From the IMG/VR virus record IMGVR_UViG_644736364_000004: DNA of 41,621 nucleotides; one strand, given 5' to 3'. Made by a program: the position numbers and the translations under genes. The number at the start of each line of letters is the position of its first letter. Positions within the stretch are counted from its first letter, which is position 1. The notes beneath the pieces were generated by a model that saw only the letters and a list, made by a program, of their open reading frames with translations, had not been told where the DNA came from and searched no databases. Positions 1 to 8,776 of this stretch are shown one piece after another. The stretch is from a virus. Lineage: Duplodnaviria; Heunggongvirae; Uroviricota; Caudoviricetes.

Positions 1-1143
1 CTATGCTGTTTTGATATCTACGATAATCCAGTCTTTACCACGATCATCATTGTATCGGTCGGTCATTTTTCTGGATTTATGGCCTAACAACTTTTGCGTA
101 TCCAGACCCTGTTCCCGATATAACCGTTCTGACAGAGATCGCTGCTCATGAAATGTGGGCGCAGTTCCTTGCTCCCATTTTATGCCACATTTTTCCCGGG
201 CCTTTTTAAAAGCCGTTGTCAGAGTATTCGCAGAAACCTGGTCTCCTCTGTTTGCTTGAGAGGTAGTGTGACGGTAATGGACCAGATATTTACTAACAAC
301 AGCATCCCTGCACTGAGATATAACTTCACGAAGGGTAATATTCAGAGCATCGCATTTCAGGTTAAGCGGAATAGCAAGTTTTGAACCGGTTTTTTCCTGA
401 GTAATGTGCAACATGTCGTCCCATATATCAGAGAATTTCAAATTGCAGATATCGCCTAAACGTTGTCCAGTAACAAGAGCAAGTAGCATGCCGCATTTTA
501 AATAGGGCTGCCGTCTGCTTACGCTGTCAAATATTGCCTGCCATTCGGGCAGTGACAATCTTTGGCGGTTTACTCGATTTCGTGGTTGTTTTGTTGCCTG
601 CGCTGGGTTAAATCCTGGCGGAACATGTCCTGCGTGTTGTGCTTCTTTGAAGACGTCGATCAACACCATTCTCACGACTTGCGCCATCCTGTTATGACCT
701 TCAGCCTTTACAGCATCAATTATTTCGGCAATATCAAGTGCGGTAATATCCTTGAGGTGTTGCATTCCACAATGCTCACGGAAAAGACGAATGGGTTTGC
801 CTTTTTGCCGATAGGAGTTGGGTCTTAGTTCATTATGTTGCAGCCTGTCCTCTTGGATAGAAATATATTTATCAAGCCATTCTGTCACCGTAATGTCTGA
901 GCGCCTGCCTTTCATTCTTTCCAGACGCTCATTGACGCTTAATATTTGTCTGGTACGTTGTTCAGCAATAATGGTATTTGCTTCAGTAGCAACTTGTTTT
1001 GCTTCATTCTCATCAGTTCCTAAGCTATGAAAACGACCGGATAGTGGATGTTTGTATTGCCAATATACCTTTCCGGTTCGCTTATCTAATTTGCAATATA
1101 AATTGGGTATAGAGATTTTGTGAGATCGGGGTCTAGCAGCCAT
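1..1143 (-). CDS. int: Tyrosine integrase (lambda Int family), 380 aa, complete; stop codon is at window positions 1-3
   Basis: ORF track; C-terminal catalytic region (…LGHKSRKMTDRY…) typical of tyrosine recombinases; terminal position next to an xis-like gene. Confidence 0.9.
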   Translation of the reverse strand: MAARPRSHKISIPNLYCKLDKRTGKVYWQYKHPLSGRFHSLGTDENEAKQVATEANTIIAEQRTRQILSVNERLERMKGRRSDITVTEWLDKYISIQEDRLQHNELRPNSYRQKGKPIRLFREHCGMQHLKDITALDIAEIIDAVKAEGHNRMAQVVRMVLIDVFKEAQHAGHVPPGFNPAQATKQPRNRVNRQRLSLPEWQAIFDSVSRRQPYLKCGMLLALVTGQRLGDICNLKFSDIWDDMLHITQEKTGSKLAIPLNLKCDALNITLREVISQCRDAVVSKYLVHYRHTTSQANRGDQVSANTLTTAFKKAREKCGIKWEQGTAPTFHEQRSLSERLYREQGLDTQKLLGHKSRKMTDRYNDDRGKDWIIVDIKTA

Positions 1144-1369
1144 CAGCGATTATCCTTTGGAGTTTTGGGTTTGCGTTTATTGGGAGTTGCGGTTCTGCAA
1201 GCGTTCCTACAAAACGGGAATTTCGGTCAATCATCCAGTAGCGACCAACTTTTATAGCGGGTGGGGCCATCATTTTCCCTTGCGCGTATTTTTTCAGAAC
1301 TCGCTCACTTGGTGCTAAGTCCCCAAATTCTTCTTTAGCCCAGTCCTGTAAAGTGATTAGTCGAGACAT
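1133..1369 (-). CDS. xis: Excisionase-like small DNA-binding protein, 78 aa
   Basis: Immediately upstream of int and overlapping its start by 11 nt; strong SD (AGAGGAGGACAA) before the ATG; size and position typical of Xis. The protein itself is not lambda Xis. Confidence 0.55.
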   Translation of the reverse strand: MSRLITLQDWAKEEFGDLAPSERVLKKYAQGKMMAPPAIKVGRYWMIDRNSRFVGTLAEPQLPINANPKLQRIIADGC

Positions 1370-1508
1370 TTGTCCTCCTCTTAGCTGCTGAGGGAGTTTG
1401 TGACCGATATATCTGACATGATATTAAGCTCATGGCAGGTACATCTCTTGACTGGTCATAGAGATAAATTTAATGCTGAGAAATGCAGTATTGAATTTAT
1501 CAATTTTT

Positions 1509-1748
1509 CTATTTCCTGCGCATGTCACGTAACTTCTTAATGTGTTCTGCCGTTTCGATCTCTTCTGCTATCCGATCTGCATCAGCTTTATTCACAGGTT
1601 CAAAGTCATGATTAAAGCGGAACATGCTGGCGATACATGTTCTGCCTTTTCGGATGTAGTGAACTTTGTTGTGGGTAGAACGCAGGATTTTGCAGGGAGT
1701 GCCGTGGTGGTCGACGTACCAGGTGTTAGGGTCAATCACTCTGAACAT
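1509..1748 (-). CDS. Hypothetical protein, 79 aa
   Basis: ORF track; co-oriented with the leftward early operon; no family recognised. Confidence 0.4.
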   Translation of the reverse strand: MFRVIDPNTWYVDHHGTPCKILRSTHNKVHYIRKGRTCIASMFRFNHDFEPVNKADADRIAEEIETAEHIKKLRDMRRK

Positions 1749-2061
1749 TCTTGACCTTGTGTTGTGCGGATTGATATTCAGTGCTGATATTCACCTTTAT
1801 AGCGAACACCTTTACCGGTTTATCGCCAAAGTGCGGATGTGTGATTGTCTTCACTTCATATCCGTCATACGGAACATCAATTCTGCGACTGGAATCGTCG
1901 CGCTTCGGATATCCCTTTGTGATAATCAGGCGGTCATATTCCCGGAACATAATTCGCTTATTCCAGTAGTCATTACACAAGCGATACTCTTCCGTTTTCT
2001 CTCCGCGAATCATGGCATCGAAGTATTCACTTTTAACAGCAAGTTGCAGGTTAGCCATCAC
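1732..2061 (-). CDS. Hypothetical protein, 109 aa, possible ASCH/PUA-like fold
   Basis: ORF track; N-terminus (LAVKSEYFDAMIRGEKTEEYR) resembles the start of ASCH-domain proteins. Weak, by-eye assignment. Confidence 0.4.
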   Translation of the reverse strand: MMANLQLAVKSEYFDAMIRGEKTEEYRLCNDYWNKRIMFREYDRLIITKGYPKRDDSSRRIDVPYDGYEVKTITHPHFGDKPVKVFAIKVNISTEYQSAQHKVKNVQSD

Positions 2062-2279
2062 TTAATCCCCCTTTGTTTGCGGATAAGCTCCAGATCTTGC
2101 TGGCAACTGGCGCAAGTCCGACAACCCTGAACGGCCAGGCGTCTTCGTTCATCTATCGGATCGCCACACTCACAACAATGAGTGGCAGATACAGCCAGGT
2201 AGTTCAGGCGGCGCATTTTTATTGCTGTGTTGCGCTGTAATTCTTCTATTTCTGATGCTGAATCAATGATGTCTGCCAT
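2058..2279 (-). CDS. TraR/DksA-family C4-type zinc-finger protein, 73 aa
   Basis: Two CxxC pairs (HCCECGD … CRTCASCQ) in a small prophage protein, a common early-region accessory gene. Confidence 0.6.
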   Translation of the reverse strand: MADIIDSASEIEELQRNTAIKMRRLNYLAVSATHCCECGDPIDERRRLAVQGCRTCASCQQDLELIRKQRGIK

Positions 2280-2330
2280 CTTTCATTAATCCCTGAACTG
2301 TTGGTTAATACGCTTGAGGGTGAATGCGAA

Positions 2331-2357
2331 CAATAAAAAAGGAGCCTGTAGCTCCCT
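2331..2357 (-). terminator. Rho-independent terminator candidate on the leftward transcript
   Basis: On the minus strand, hairpin GGAGC-TACAG-GCTCC (plus 2341-2355) followed by TTTTTTATTG. Confidence 0.45.
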
Positions 2358-2472
2358 GATAATTTTGCTTTTCATGTTCATCGTTCCTTAAAGACGCCGT
2401 TTAACATGCCGATTGCCAGGCTTAAATGAGTCGGTGTGAATCCCTTCAGCGTTACCGTTTCGCGGTGCTTCT

Positions 2473-2655
2473 TCAGTACGCTACGGCAAATGTCATTGAC
2501 GTTTTTGGAAACTGCTGTCTGACTTTTTTGATTTCAGAATTAGCCTGACGGGCAATGCTGCGAAGGGCGTTTTCTTGCTGAGGTGTCACTGAACAAGCCC
2601 CATGTCGGCAAGCATAAGCACACAGAATATGAAGCCCGCTGCCAGAAAAATGCAT
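2473..2655 (-). CDS. Small hypothetical protein, 60 aa
   Basis: ORF track with ATG start; position equivalent to the small orf61/orf63 genes left of exo in lambda. Weak. Confidence 0.3.
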   Translation of the reverse strand: MHFSGSGLHILCAYACRHGACSVTPQQENALRSIARQANSEIKKVRQQFPKTSMTFAVAY

Positions 2656-2665
2656 TCAGTGGTTG

Positions 2666-2857
2666 TCATACCTGGTCTCTCTCATCTGCTTCTGCTTTCG
2701 CCACCATCATTTCCAGCTTTTGTGAAAGGGATGTGGCTAACGTATGAAATTCTTCGTCTGTTTCTGCTGGTATTGGCACAAACCTGACTCCAATTTGAGC
2801 AAGGCTATGTGCCAAATCAATACTCGTTCTTAACTCAACAGGAGATGCTTTGTGCAT
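2666..2857 (-). CDS. Small early protein, 63 aa (lambda orf63-like)
   Basis: Size and position left of exo match lambda orf63; sequence identity is from recall only. Confidence 0.45.
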   Translation of the reverse strand: MHKASPVELRTSIDLAHSLAQIGVRFVPIPAETDEEFHTLATSLSQKLEMMVAKAEADERDQV

Positions 2858-3018
2858 ACCGCCCCCCGTTTATTATTTATCTCCTCAGCCAGCCGCTGGG
2901 CTTTCAGCGGATTTCGGATAACAGAAAGACCGTGAAATACCCAGCCTCGCTTTGTAACGGAGTAGACGAAAGTGATCGCGCCTACCCGGATATTATCGTG
3001 AGGATGGGTCATCGCCAT
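2830..3018 (-). CDS. Small early protein, 62 aa (lambda orf60a-like)
   Basis: Directly downstream of exo in the same orientation, as orf60a is in lambda. Confidence 0.45.
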   Translation of the reverse strand: MAMTHPHDNIRVGAITFVYSVTKRGWVFHGLSVIRNPLKAQRLAEEINNKRGAVCTKHLLLS

Positions 3019-3689
3019 TGCTCTCCAAATACAAAACCAATTTCAGCCAGTGCTTCGTCCATTTTTTCGATGAACTCCGGCACCATCTCGTCAAAACTCG
3101 CCATGTACTTTTCATCCCGCTCAACCACGACATAATGCAGGCCTTCACGCTTCATTCGTGGGTCATAGTTGGCAAAGTACCAGGCATCTTTTCGTGTCAC
3201 CCACATGCTGTACTGCACCTGGGCCATGTAAGCCGACTTTATGGCCTCGAAACCACCGAGCCGGAACTTCATGAAATCCCGGGAGGTAAACGGGCATTTC
3301 AGCTCAAGGCCATTGCCGTCACTGCATAAACCATCGGGAGAGCAGGCGGTGCGCATACTTTCGTCGCGATAGATGATCGGGGATTCAGTAACATTCACGC
3401 CGGAAGTGAATTCAAACAGGGTTCTGGCGTCGTTCTCGTACTGTTTTCCCCACGCCAGCGCCTTAGCATTAACTTCCGGAGCCACACCGGTGCAAACCTC
3501 AGCCAGCAGGGTGTGGAAGTAGGACATTTTCATGTCAGGCCACTTCTTTCCTGAGCGGGGCTTTGCTATCACGTTGTGAACTTCTGAAGCGGTGATGACG
3601 CCGAGCCGTAATTTGTGCCATGCATCATCCCCCTGTTCGACAGCTCTCACGTCGATCCCGGTACGCTGCAGGATAATGTCCGGTGTCAT
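3009..3689 (-). CDS. exo: Lambda exonuclease (Red-alpha), 226 aa
   Basis: Translation [50 protein letters not shown]… is essentially the lambda Exo sequence as I recall it. Confidence 0.95.
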   Translation of the reverse strand: MTPDIILQRTGIDVRAVEQGDDAWHKLRLGVITASEVHNVIAKPRSGKKWPDMKMSYFHTLLAEVCTGVAPEVNAKALAWGKQYENDARTLFEFTSGVNVTESPIIYRDESMRTACSPDGLCSDGNGLELKCPFTSRDFMKFRLGGFEAIKSAYMAQVQYSMWVTRKDAWYFANYDPRMKREGLHYVVVERDEKYMASFDEMVPEFIEKMDEALAEIGFVFGEQWR

Positions 3690-4471
3690 GCTGCCACCTT
3701 CTGCTCAGTGGCTTTCTGTTTCAGGAATCCAAGAGCTTTCACTGCTTCGGCCTGTGTCAGTTCTGACGATGCGCGAATGTCGCGGCGAAATATCTGGGAA
3801 CAGAGCGGCAATAAGTCGTCATCCCATGTTTTGTCCAGGGCAATCAGCAGAGTGTTAATCTCCTGCATGGTTTCATCGTTAACCGGAGTGATGTCGCGTT
3901 CCGGCTGACGTTCTGCAGTGTATGCGGTATTTTCGACAATGCGCTCGGCTTCATCCTTGTCATAGATACCAGCAAATCCGAAGGCCAGACGGGCACACTG
4001 AATCATGGCTTTATGCCGTAACATCCGTTTGGGATGCGACTGCCACGGCCCCGTGATTTCTCTGCCTTCGCGGGTTTTGAATGGTTCGCGGCGGCATTCA
4101 TCCATCCACTCGGTAACGCAGATCGGATGATTGCGGTCTTTGCGGTAAATCCGGCATGTACATGATTCATTGTCCTGCTCAAAGTCCATACCATCAAACT
4201 GCTGGTTTTCATTGATGATGCGGGACCAGCCATCAACGCCCACCACCGGAACAATGCCGTTCTGCTTATCAGGGAAGGCGTAAATTTCTTTCGTCCACGG
4301 ATTAAGGCCGTACTGGTTGGCGACGATCAACAATGCGATGAACTGCGCATCGCTGGCATCACCTTTAAATGCCGTCTGGCGAAGAGTGGTGATCAGTTCC
4401 TGTGGGTCGACAGAATCCATGCCGACACGTTCAGCCAGCTTCCCTGCCAGCGTTGCGAGTGCTGTACTCAT
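3686..4471 (-). CDS. bet: Bet single-strand annealing protein (Red-beta), 261 aa
   Basis: Translation [59 protein letters not shown]… matches lambda Bet; start overlaps the exo start region (ATGA-type junction). Confidence 0.95.
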   Translation of the reverse strand: MSTALATLAGKLAERVGMDSVDPQELITTLRQTAFKGDASDAQFIALLIVANQYGLNPWTKEIYAFPDKQNGIVPVVGVDGWSRIINENQQFDGMDFEQDNESCTCRIYRKDRNHPICVTEWMDECRREPFKTREGREITGPWQSHPKRMLRHKAMIQCARLAFGFAGIYDKDEAERIVENTAYTAERQPERDITPVNDETMQEINTLLIALDKTWDDDLLPLCSQIFRRDIRASSELTQAEAVKALGFLKQKATEQKVAA

Positions 4472-4476
4472 CCGTT

Positions 4477-4773
4477 TTATACCTCTGAATCAATATCAGC
4501 CTGATGGTGAGCAATGGTTTCAACTATGTACCGGATGTGTTCTGCCATGCGCTCCTGAAACTCAACATCGTCATCAAACGCACGGGTAATGGCTTTTTTG
4601 CTGGCCCCGTGGCGTTGTAAATGATCGATGCATAGCGATTCAAACAGGTGCTGGGGCAGGCCTTTTTCCATGTCGTCTGCCAGTTCTGCCTCTTTCTCTT
4701 CACGGGCGATCTGCTGGTAGTGACGCGCCCAGCTCTGAGCCTCAAGACGATCCTGAATGTAATAAGCGTTCAT
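4477..4773 (-). CDS. gam: Gam (RecBCD inhibitor), 98-aa short form
   Basis: Translation [44 protein letters not shown]… matches lambda GamS. Confidence 0.9.
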   Translation of the reverse strand: MNAYYIQDRLEAQSWARHYQQIAREEKEAELADDMEKGLPQHLFESLCIDHLQRHGASKKAITRAFDDDVEFQERMAEHIRYIVETIAHHQADIDSEV

Positions 4774-4848
4774 GGCTGAACTCCTGAAAATGGCTGTGAA
4801 AATATCGCCCGCGAAATGCCAGGCTGATTAGGAAAACAGGAAAGGGGG

Positions 4849-4992
4849 TTAGTGAATGCTTTTGCTTGATCTCAGTTTCAGTATTAATATCCATTTTTTA
4901 TAAGCGTCGACGGCCTCACGAAACATCTTTTCATCGCCAATAAAAGTGGCGATAGTGAATTTAGTCTGGATAGCCATAATTGTTTGATCCAT
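4849..4992 (-). CDS. kil: Kil (host cell-division inhibitor), 47 aa
   Basis: In-frame ATG at 4992 gives [47 protein letters not shown], matching lambda Kil; the track ORF 4849-5118 is an upstream extension of this frame. Confidence 0.7.
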   Translation of the reverse strand: MDQTIMAIQTKFTIATFIGDEKMFREAVDAYKKWILILKLRSSKSIH

Positions 4993-5125
4993 TTTTTGGG
5001 ACTCCTGGCTGATTAAGTATGTCGATAAGGCGTTTCCATCCGTCACGTAATTTACGGGTGATTCGTTCAAGTAAAGATTCGGAAGGGCAGCCAGCAACAG
5101 GCCACCCTGCAATGGCATATTGCAT
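4961..5125 (-). CDS. cIII: CIII (FtsH inhibitor that stabilises CII), 54 aa
   Basis: Hand translation of the minus strand from the ATG at 5125: [54 protein letters not shown], stop TAA at 4961-4963. Too short for the ORF track; overlaps kil as in lambda. Confidence 0.7.
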   Translation of the reverse strand: MQYAIAGWPVAGCPSESLLERITRKLRDGWKRLIDILNQPGVPKNGSNNYGYPD

Positions 5126-5197
5126 GGTGTGCTCCTTATTTATACATAACGAAAAACGCCTCGAGTGAAGCGTAATTGGTATGCGGTAACGCCGCGC

Positions 5198-5566
5198 TCA
5201 GGCGGCCTTGATAGTCATATCATCTGAATCAAATATTCCTGATGTATCGATATCGGTAATTCTTATTCCTTCACTACCATCCATTGGAGGCCATCCTTCC
5301 TGACCATTTCCATCATTCCAGTCGAACTCACACACAACACCATATGCATTTAAGTCGCTTGAAATTGCTATAAGCAGAGCATGTTGCGCCAGCATGATTA
5401 ATACAGCATTTAATACAGAGCCGTGTTTATTGAGTCGGTATTCAGAGTCTGACCAGAAATTATTAATCTGGTGAAGTTTTTCCTCTGTCATTACGTCATG
5501 GTCAATTTCAATTTCTATTGATGCTTTCCAGTCGTAATCAATGATGTATTTTTTGATGTTTGACAT
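5198..5566 (-). CDS. ea10: Ea10-like early protein, 122 aa
   Basis: Position between cIII and ral and length match lambda ea10. Confidence 0.6.
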   Translation of the reverse strand: MSNIKKYIIDYDWKASIEIEIDHDVMTEEKLHQINNFWSDSEYRLNKHGSVLNAVLIMLAQHALLIAISSDLNAYGVVCEFDWNDGNGQEGWPPMDGSEGIRITDIDTSGIFDSDDMTIKAA

Positions 5567-5748
5567 CTATTCATATCCTCATAGATAAAAAATCGCCCTC
5601 ACACTGGAGGGCAAAGAAGATTTCCAATAATCAGAACAAGTCGGCTCCTGTTTAGTTACGAGCGACATTGCTCCGTGTATTCACTCGTTGGAATGAATAC
5701 ACAGTGCAGTGTTTATTCTGTTATTTATGCCAAAAATAAAGGCCACTA

Positions 5749-5949
5749 TCAGGCAGCTTTGTTGTTCTGTTTACCAAGTTCTCTGGCAATCATTGCCGTC
5801 GTTCGTATTGCCCATTTATCGACATATTTCCCATCTTCCATTACAGGAAACATTTCTTCAGGCTTAACCATGCATTCCGATTGCAGCTTGCATCCATTGC
5901 ATCGTTTGAATTGTCCACACCATTGATTTGTATCAATAGTCGTAGTCAT
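5749..5949 (-). CDS. ral: Ral (restriction alleviation), 66 aa
   Basis: Translation MTTTIDTNQWCGQFKRCNGCKLQSECMVKPEEMFPVMEDGKYVDKWAIRTTAMIARELGKQNNKAA matches lambda Ral. Confidence 0.8.
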   Translation of the reverse strand: MTTTIDTNQWCGQFKRCNGCKLQSECMVKPEEMFPVMEDGKYVDKWAIRTTAMIARELGKQNNKAA

Positions 5950-6019
5950 ACGGATAGTCCTGGTATTGTTCCATCACATCTTGAGGATGCTCTTCGAACT
6001 CTTCAAATTCTTCTTCCAT
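5933..6019 (-). CDS. Small acidic ORF, 28 aa (lambda orf28 position)
   Basis: Hand translation MEEEFEEFEEHPQDVMEQYQDYPYDYDY; overlaps the ral start. Very short, so weak. Confidence 0.3.
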   Translation of the reverse strand: MEEEFEEFEEHPQDVMEQYQDYPYDYDY

Positions 6020-6162
6020 ATATCACCTTAAATAGTGGATTGCGGTAGTAAAGATTGTGCCTGTCTTTTAACCACATCAGGCTCGGTGGTTCTCGTGTAC
6101 CCCTACAACGAGAAATCGGATAAACTCTATTCACCCCTACAGAGAGCAAAAGAGAAACGCCG

Positions 6163-6744
6163 ATGAACAACTCATGGTGGCAGGAACTAATGCATTTTTT
6201 CCTGCAAGGAATGACACTTAAACAGTTGATTCATATGCTAATCATCCTGATCATATTGATTATTGTTATGCCGGTAAGCGTAAAAGAATGGATAAACCTG
6301 CATAATCCAGAAATCCTTCCTCATTACTGGATGTATTACATCCTGTTGTTTTGCGTTAGCTATGTGCTTAACGGCGTTGTTAATTCCGCTTATCACGCTG
6401 TGACTGAAAGAATTGAGGTATTCGCTGCTCAGAAGCGCAAATCTAAAGAAGAAAAATATGTGCAAGATTTGTTTGATTCGTTAACTCTTGGAGAAAGAGC
6501 GTATTTGGCATTCGCTGTAGCCGCTAATAACCAGCTACAAACGGAAAAGGGCGCTCATGAATCAATTTCATTGCTCAAAAAAGGACTCCTCGTTCGAAGG
6601 CCTCCTGCTGTTGGATATCCTGATACCGACCGTTTCGTTATCCCTGAAAGCTATAGACATGAGTGCTACATTAGGTTTGCCGGGAAGGCAGACAGCCTTA
6701 TGGATGAACTTATCGCTCAGGATAAGCATGGCAAAAACAAGTAA
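6163..6744 (+). CDS. sieB: SieB superinfection exclusion protein, 193 aa
   Basis: Translation MNNSWWQELMHFFLQGMTLKQLIHMLIILIILIIVMPVSVKEW… matches lambda SieB; rightward gene embedded in the leftward operon, as in lambda. Confidence 0.8.
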   Translation: MNNSWWQELMHFFLQGMTLKQLIHMLIILIILIIVMPVSVKEWINLHNPEILPHYWMYYILLFCVSYVLNGVVNSAYHAVTERIEVFAAQKRKSKEEKYVQDLFDSLTLGERAYLAFAVAANNQLQTEKGAHESISLLKKGLLVRRPPAVGYPDTDRFVIPESYRHECYIRFAGKADSLMDELIAQDKHGKNK

Positions 6745-6760
6745 TTAGCAAATGAATTTA

Positions 6761-7033
6761 TCATCTCGCCGTCAGTTGTTTTGATTTCCGGTAGCCTGCC
6801 GCGTAAAGAGCTACGTTCGGAAGACAAGTTGAACCTTCATATTTTCTGGTCAACGTTGTCAGAGTTATCACTTCTGCTCTCATTGCTGGTTTGAGCTTGC
6901 ATTGCAAGACCACTCGTGAAGGGGTTGGCCTGTGTAGCTTGTCGGAGCTGATCGCCTCCTGACTTTGCAGATTTGCGCGACGAGCTCTACGGCGAGAAGC
7001 TGCGGTGCCTTTAAATTCTGTTTTTCTGGACAT
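6761..7033 (-). CDS. N: N-like transcription antiterminator, 90 aa
   Basis: Start at the in-frame ATG at 7033, preceded by GGGAGG with 5-nt spacing; N-terminal arginine-rich motif (GTAASRRRARRANLQ) of the N family; sits between pL/nutL and the early genes. Not lambda N itself. Confidence 0.65.
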   Translation of the reverse strand: MSRKTEFKGTAASRRRARRANLQSQEAISSDKLHRPTPSRVVLQCKLKPAMRAEVITLTTLTRKYEGSTCLPNVALYAAGYRKSKQLTAR

Positions 7034-7131
7034 GGATTCCTCCCGAATAAACTTTGGCGATGCAATCTCGAAGCTCCTCCTGAGACGGTTGCTTCGGCAT
7101 TGCATCCCACAGCTTATGTGGTTGGGTGATC

Positions 7132-7177
7132 TGGCTTTTCAGCCACGTAGTCGAGAGTCGACGTTGTTTAAAGAGCC
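7132..7177 (-). promoter_or_regulatory. nutL candidate (boxA-like GGCTCTTTA plus boxB-like hairpin UGGCU-GAAA-AGCCA)
   Basis: Minus strand reads GGCTCTTTAAACAACG…GGCTGAAAAGCC; a nearly parallel arrangement (CGCTCTTTG…CGCTGAAAAGCG) occurs on the plus strand after cro at 9813-9858. Confidence 0.5.
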
Positions 7178-7270
7178 TGCCAGTCTGTTCCATTTGGCTT
7201 CCAGCGTCCTGCTGACGGTTAAATAGTACGATATGTACTTTACAAGATCAATACAATTTGTTGTAAGTTG
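7178..7270 (-). promoter_or_regulatory. pL/oL interval (candidate -35 TTGATC, 17-nt spacer, -10 TACTAT, with operator-like repeats)
   Basis: Minus strand contains TTGATCTTGTAAAGTACATATCGTACTAT and a TACAA-N4-TTGTA inverted repeat; the motifs AAAGTACATAT and TTGTATT recur in the cI-cro intergenic region. Confidence 0.4.
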
Positions 7271-7437
7271 GCGTGGTTTTTTATAACGCTTTGTATTTAA
7301 TAGTGTTGTTTTTTAGCGTGGATGTATTGCCTCGGCGATGTAAGGAGAGATCAGAATTGCGTGGTTTAGTGGGTTGCATCTATTTATTTTTCAATAAATA
7401 TAATTGGTTATGTGTTTTTAGGTGGGCGAACGTGAGG

Positions 7438-7464
7438 CAAAGAAAACCCGGCGCTGAGGCCGGG
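7438..7464 (-). terminator. Rho-independent terminator closing the cI operon
   Basis: On the minus strand, stem CCCGGC-CUCAGC-GCCGGG (plus 7447-7464) followed by UUUUCUUUG, beginning 6 nt after the stop of the 250-codon gene. Confidence 0.6.
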
Positions 7465-7469
7465 TTGTA

Positions 7470-8222
7470 TTATGCTGCAAGTCTCTTAACCCAAGTCTCT
7501 CTTTTGGAGAATGGTAGAACTTGGCTTGATTCATGGAAGAGTAAGGAGAGTTGTTGCATTTGATCACCAATTGCTTCGCTGTCTATAACAACAAATCTGT
7601 TGTTATACTCCTCACTTGAAGCTTTAAGATCAATTAGTTTCCCAAGCAATGAGTAAGCACTATTCCAGCTTCCTCCGTGTTTCACGCTTGATGTAAAAAC
7701 GTATTTAGGTATGTCGGTTTTTATTGTTACAGGGACGGTAATTTGATGTCCACTCAAGCCATATACGTTTTCACGAAGAGAAAGTGCGTCTCTAAGCTCT
7801 GTGTGATATAGATAATCAATAACCATACTTTCAAACTTTTCAGCTTGAACTGGCTGATACCAGTCTAACGACAAAGTTGATGCGAGTATACCAGCTCTAA
7901 TTATGTTCGATGTAATCGCACCGACATCCTTTTCTGTTGCCCAAGCAATGATTTCTCCTCGAGCATTGAGTTCTGCGCCTTCTTTAAGCAGTAATTGTCG
8001 TATCTCATCAAGTCGTTTTTTGGTAAGCGAGATCCCTCTTGCCTCCATATTCATTAAGGCATCGCATCTGTCACTAACTAAATACCTACCATTGACTTCA
8101 CGGATAAAGGCACCGACATGCTCTCCATCATCACAGTAAGTGAATGGACTGATAATTCTCAAGGTCTTGCCTATTGGATGGCATTCGAAACCTAGTTGTG
8201 AGATCACTGTTGAGCACATCAT
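7470..8222 (-). CDS. Uncharacterised protein, 250 aa; distal gene of the cassette downstream of cI (rexB-equivalent position)
   Basis: ATGATG start whose first codon overlaps the TGA of the upstream 185-codon ORF; followed by a terminator; AT-rich by inspection; no transmembrane segments and no family recognised. Confidence 0.65.
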   Translation of the reverse strand: MMCSTVISQLGFECHPIGKTLRIISPFTYCDDGEHVGAFIREVNGRYLVSDRCDALMNMEARGISLTKKRLDEIRQLLLKEGAELNARGEIIAWATEKDVGAITSNIIRAGILASTLSLDWYQPVQAEKFESMVIDYLYHTELRDALSLRENVYGLSGHQITVPVTIKTDIPKYVFTSSVKHGGSWNSAYSLLGKLIDLKASSEEYNNRFVVIDSEAIGDQMQQLSLLFHESSQVLPFSKRETWVKRLAA

Positions 8223-8776
8223 ATTCCAAACCCCATTTGCCCCGACTCATCTTCAAGCGGTAAAGGTATTCTCCCAGAGTAAGTTATGTTCAGATGTTTA
8301 CAGAAGTAATTCCAATACCCTACCAGGTCATCTGGGTTTATGTCATCTTCGATTGGAAACGCTATTCTATCACTATAGTATCCAGCTTCTTCATAGTATA
8401 CATGGTAGTGAGCACCGTAAATGATATCTTGGTACTTCGGATGATCGACCTTGTAACTATTCGTGTGTTTGTCAAAGTGATAGGTATCTACCGCGAAAAC
8501 CCTCTTGTTATGATAGAAAGCAATAATATTTATTTTAGGGTAAGAAATCGGGTCATCAGGTTCTGAATCCTGATCTGGTTTCCATTTCAGTTCAAACTTT
8601 AGCCCTTGTATAGGTATACAATCCTCATCCAAGGGGATGATATGGGCTTGTAGCCACATATCAGAGCGACTTGGTTTCTGTTTCCATTTAACGCCAGAAA
8701 AGTTAACTATTTTTTTACAATAAAGTACTTTATCAACTTCTACTTGGCTTGGCTGATAATCATCTATTTTTGCCAA
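8219..8776 (-). CDS. Uncharacterised protein, 185 aa; proximal gene of the cassette downstream of cI (rexA-equivalent position)
   Basis: ORF starts at a TTG directly after an in-frame stop, 39 nt downstream of the cI stop; His/Tyr/Asp-rich; no family recognised. The start codon is uncertain. Confidence 0.55.
   Translation of the reverse strand: MAKIDDYQPSQVEVDKVLYCKKIVNFSGVKWKQKPSRSDMWLQAHIIPLDEDCIPIQGLKFELKWKPDQDSEPDDPISYPKINIIAFYHNKRVFAVDTYHFDKHTNSYKVDHPKYQDIIYGAHYHVYYEEAGYYSDRIAFPIEDDINPDDLVGYWNYFCKHLNITYSGRIPLPLEDESGQMGFGI

Noticed and set aside
1-3. attL or core attachment site at the integrase end
   Set aside because: The window begins exactly at the int stop codon, so no flanking host sequence or att core can be seen.
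148-1030. Plus-strand ORFs (148-384, 562-828, 818-1030) inside the integrase gene
   Set aside because: Antisense to a well-supported full-length integrase ORF; no RBS or recognisable protein features.
2602-3329. Plus-strand ORFs (2602-2787, 2809-3135, 3018-3329) in the exo-proximal region
   Set aside because: Antisense to the leftward early operon genes (orf60a/orf63-like and exo); no support.
6880-7110. Alternative minus-strand ORF overlapping N in another frame
   Set aside because: The N frame has a strong SD and the arginine-rich motif; this frame gives a non-protein-like translation.
7273-7563. 96-codon plus-strand ORF spanning the pL/oL region and the cI-operon terminator
   Set aside because: Crosses regulatory sequence and the terminator hairpin and runs antisense into the 250-codon gene; no RBS.
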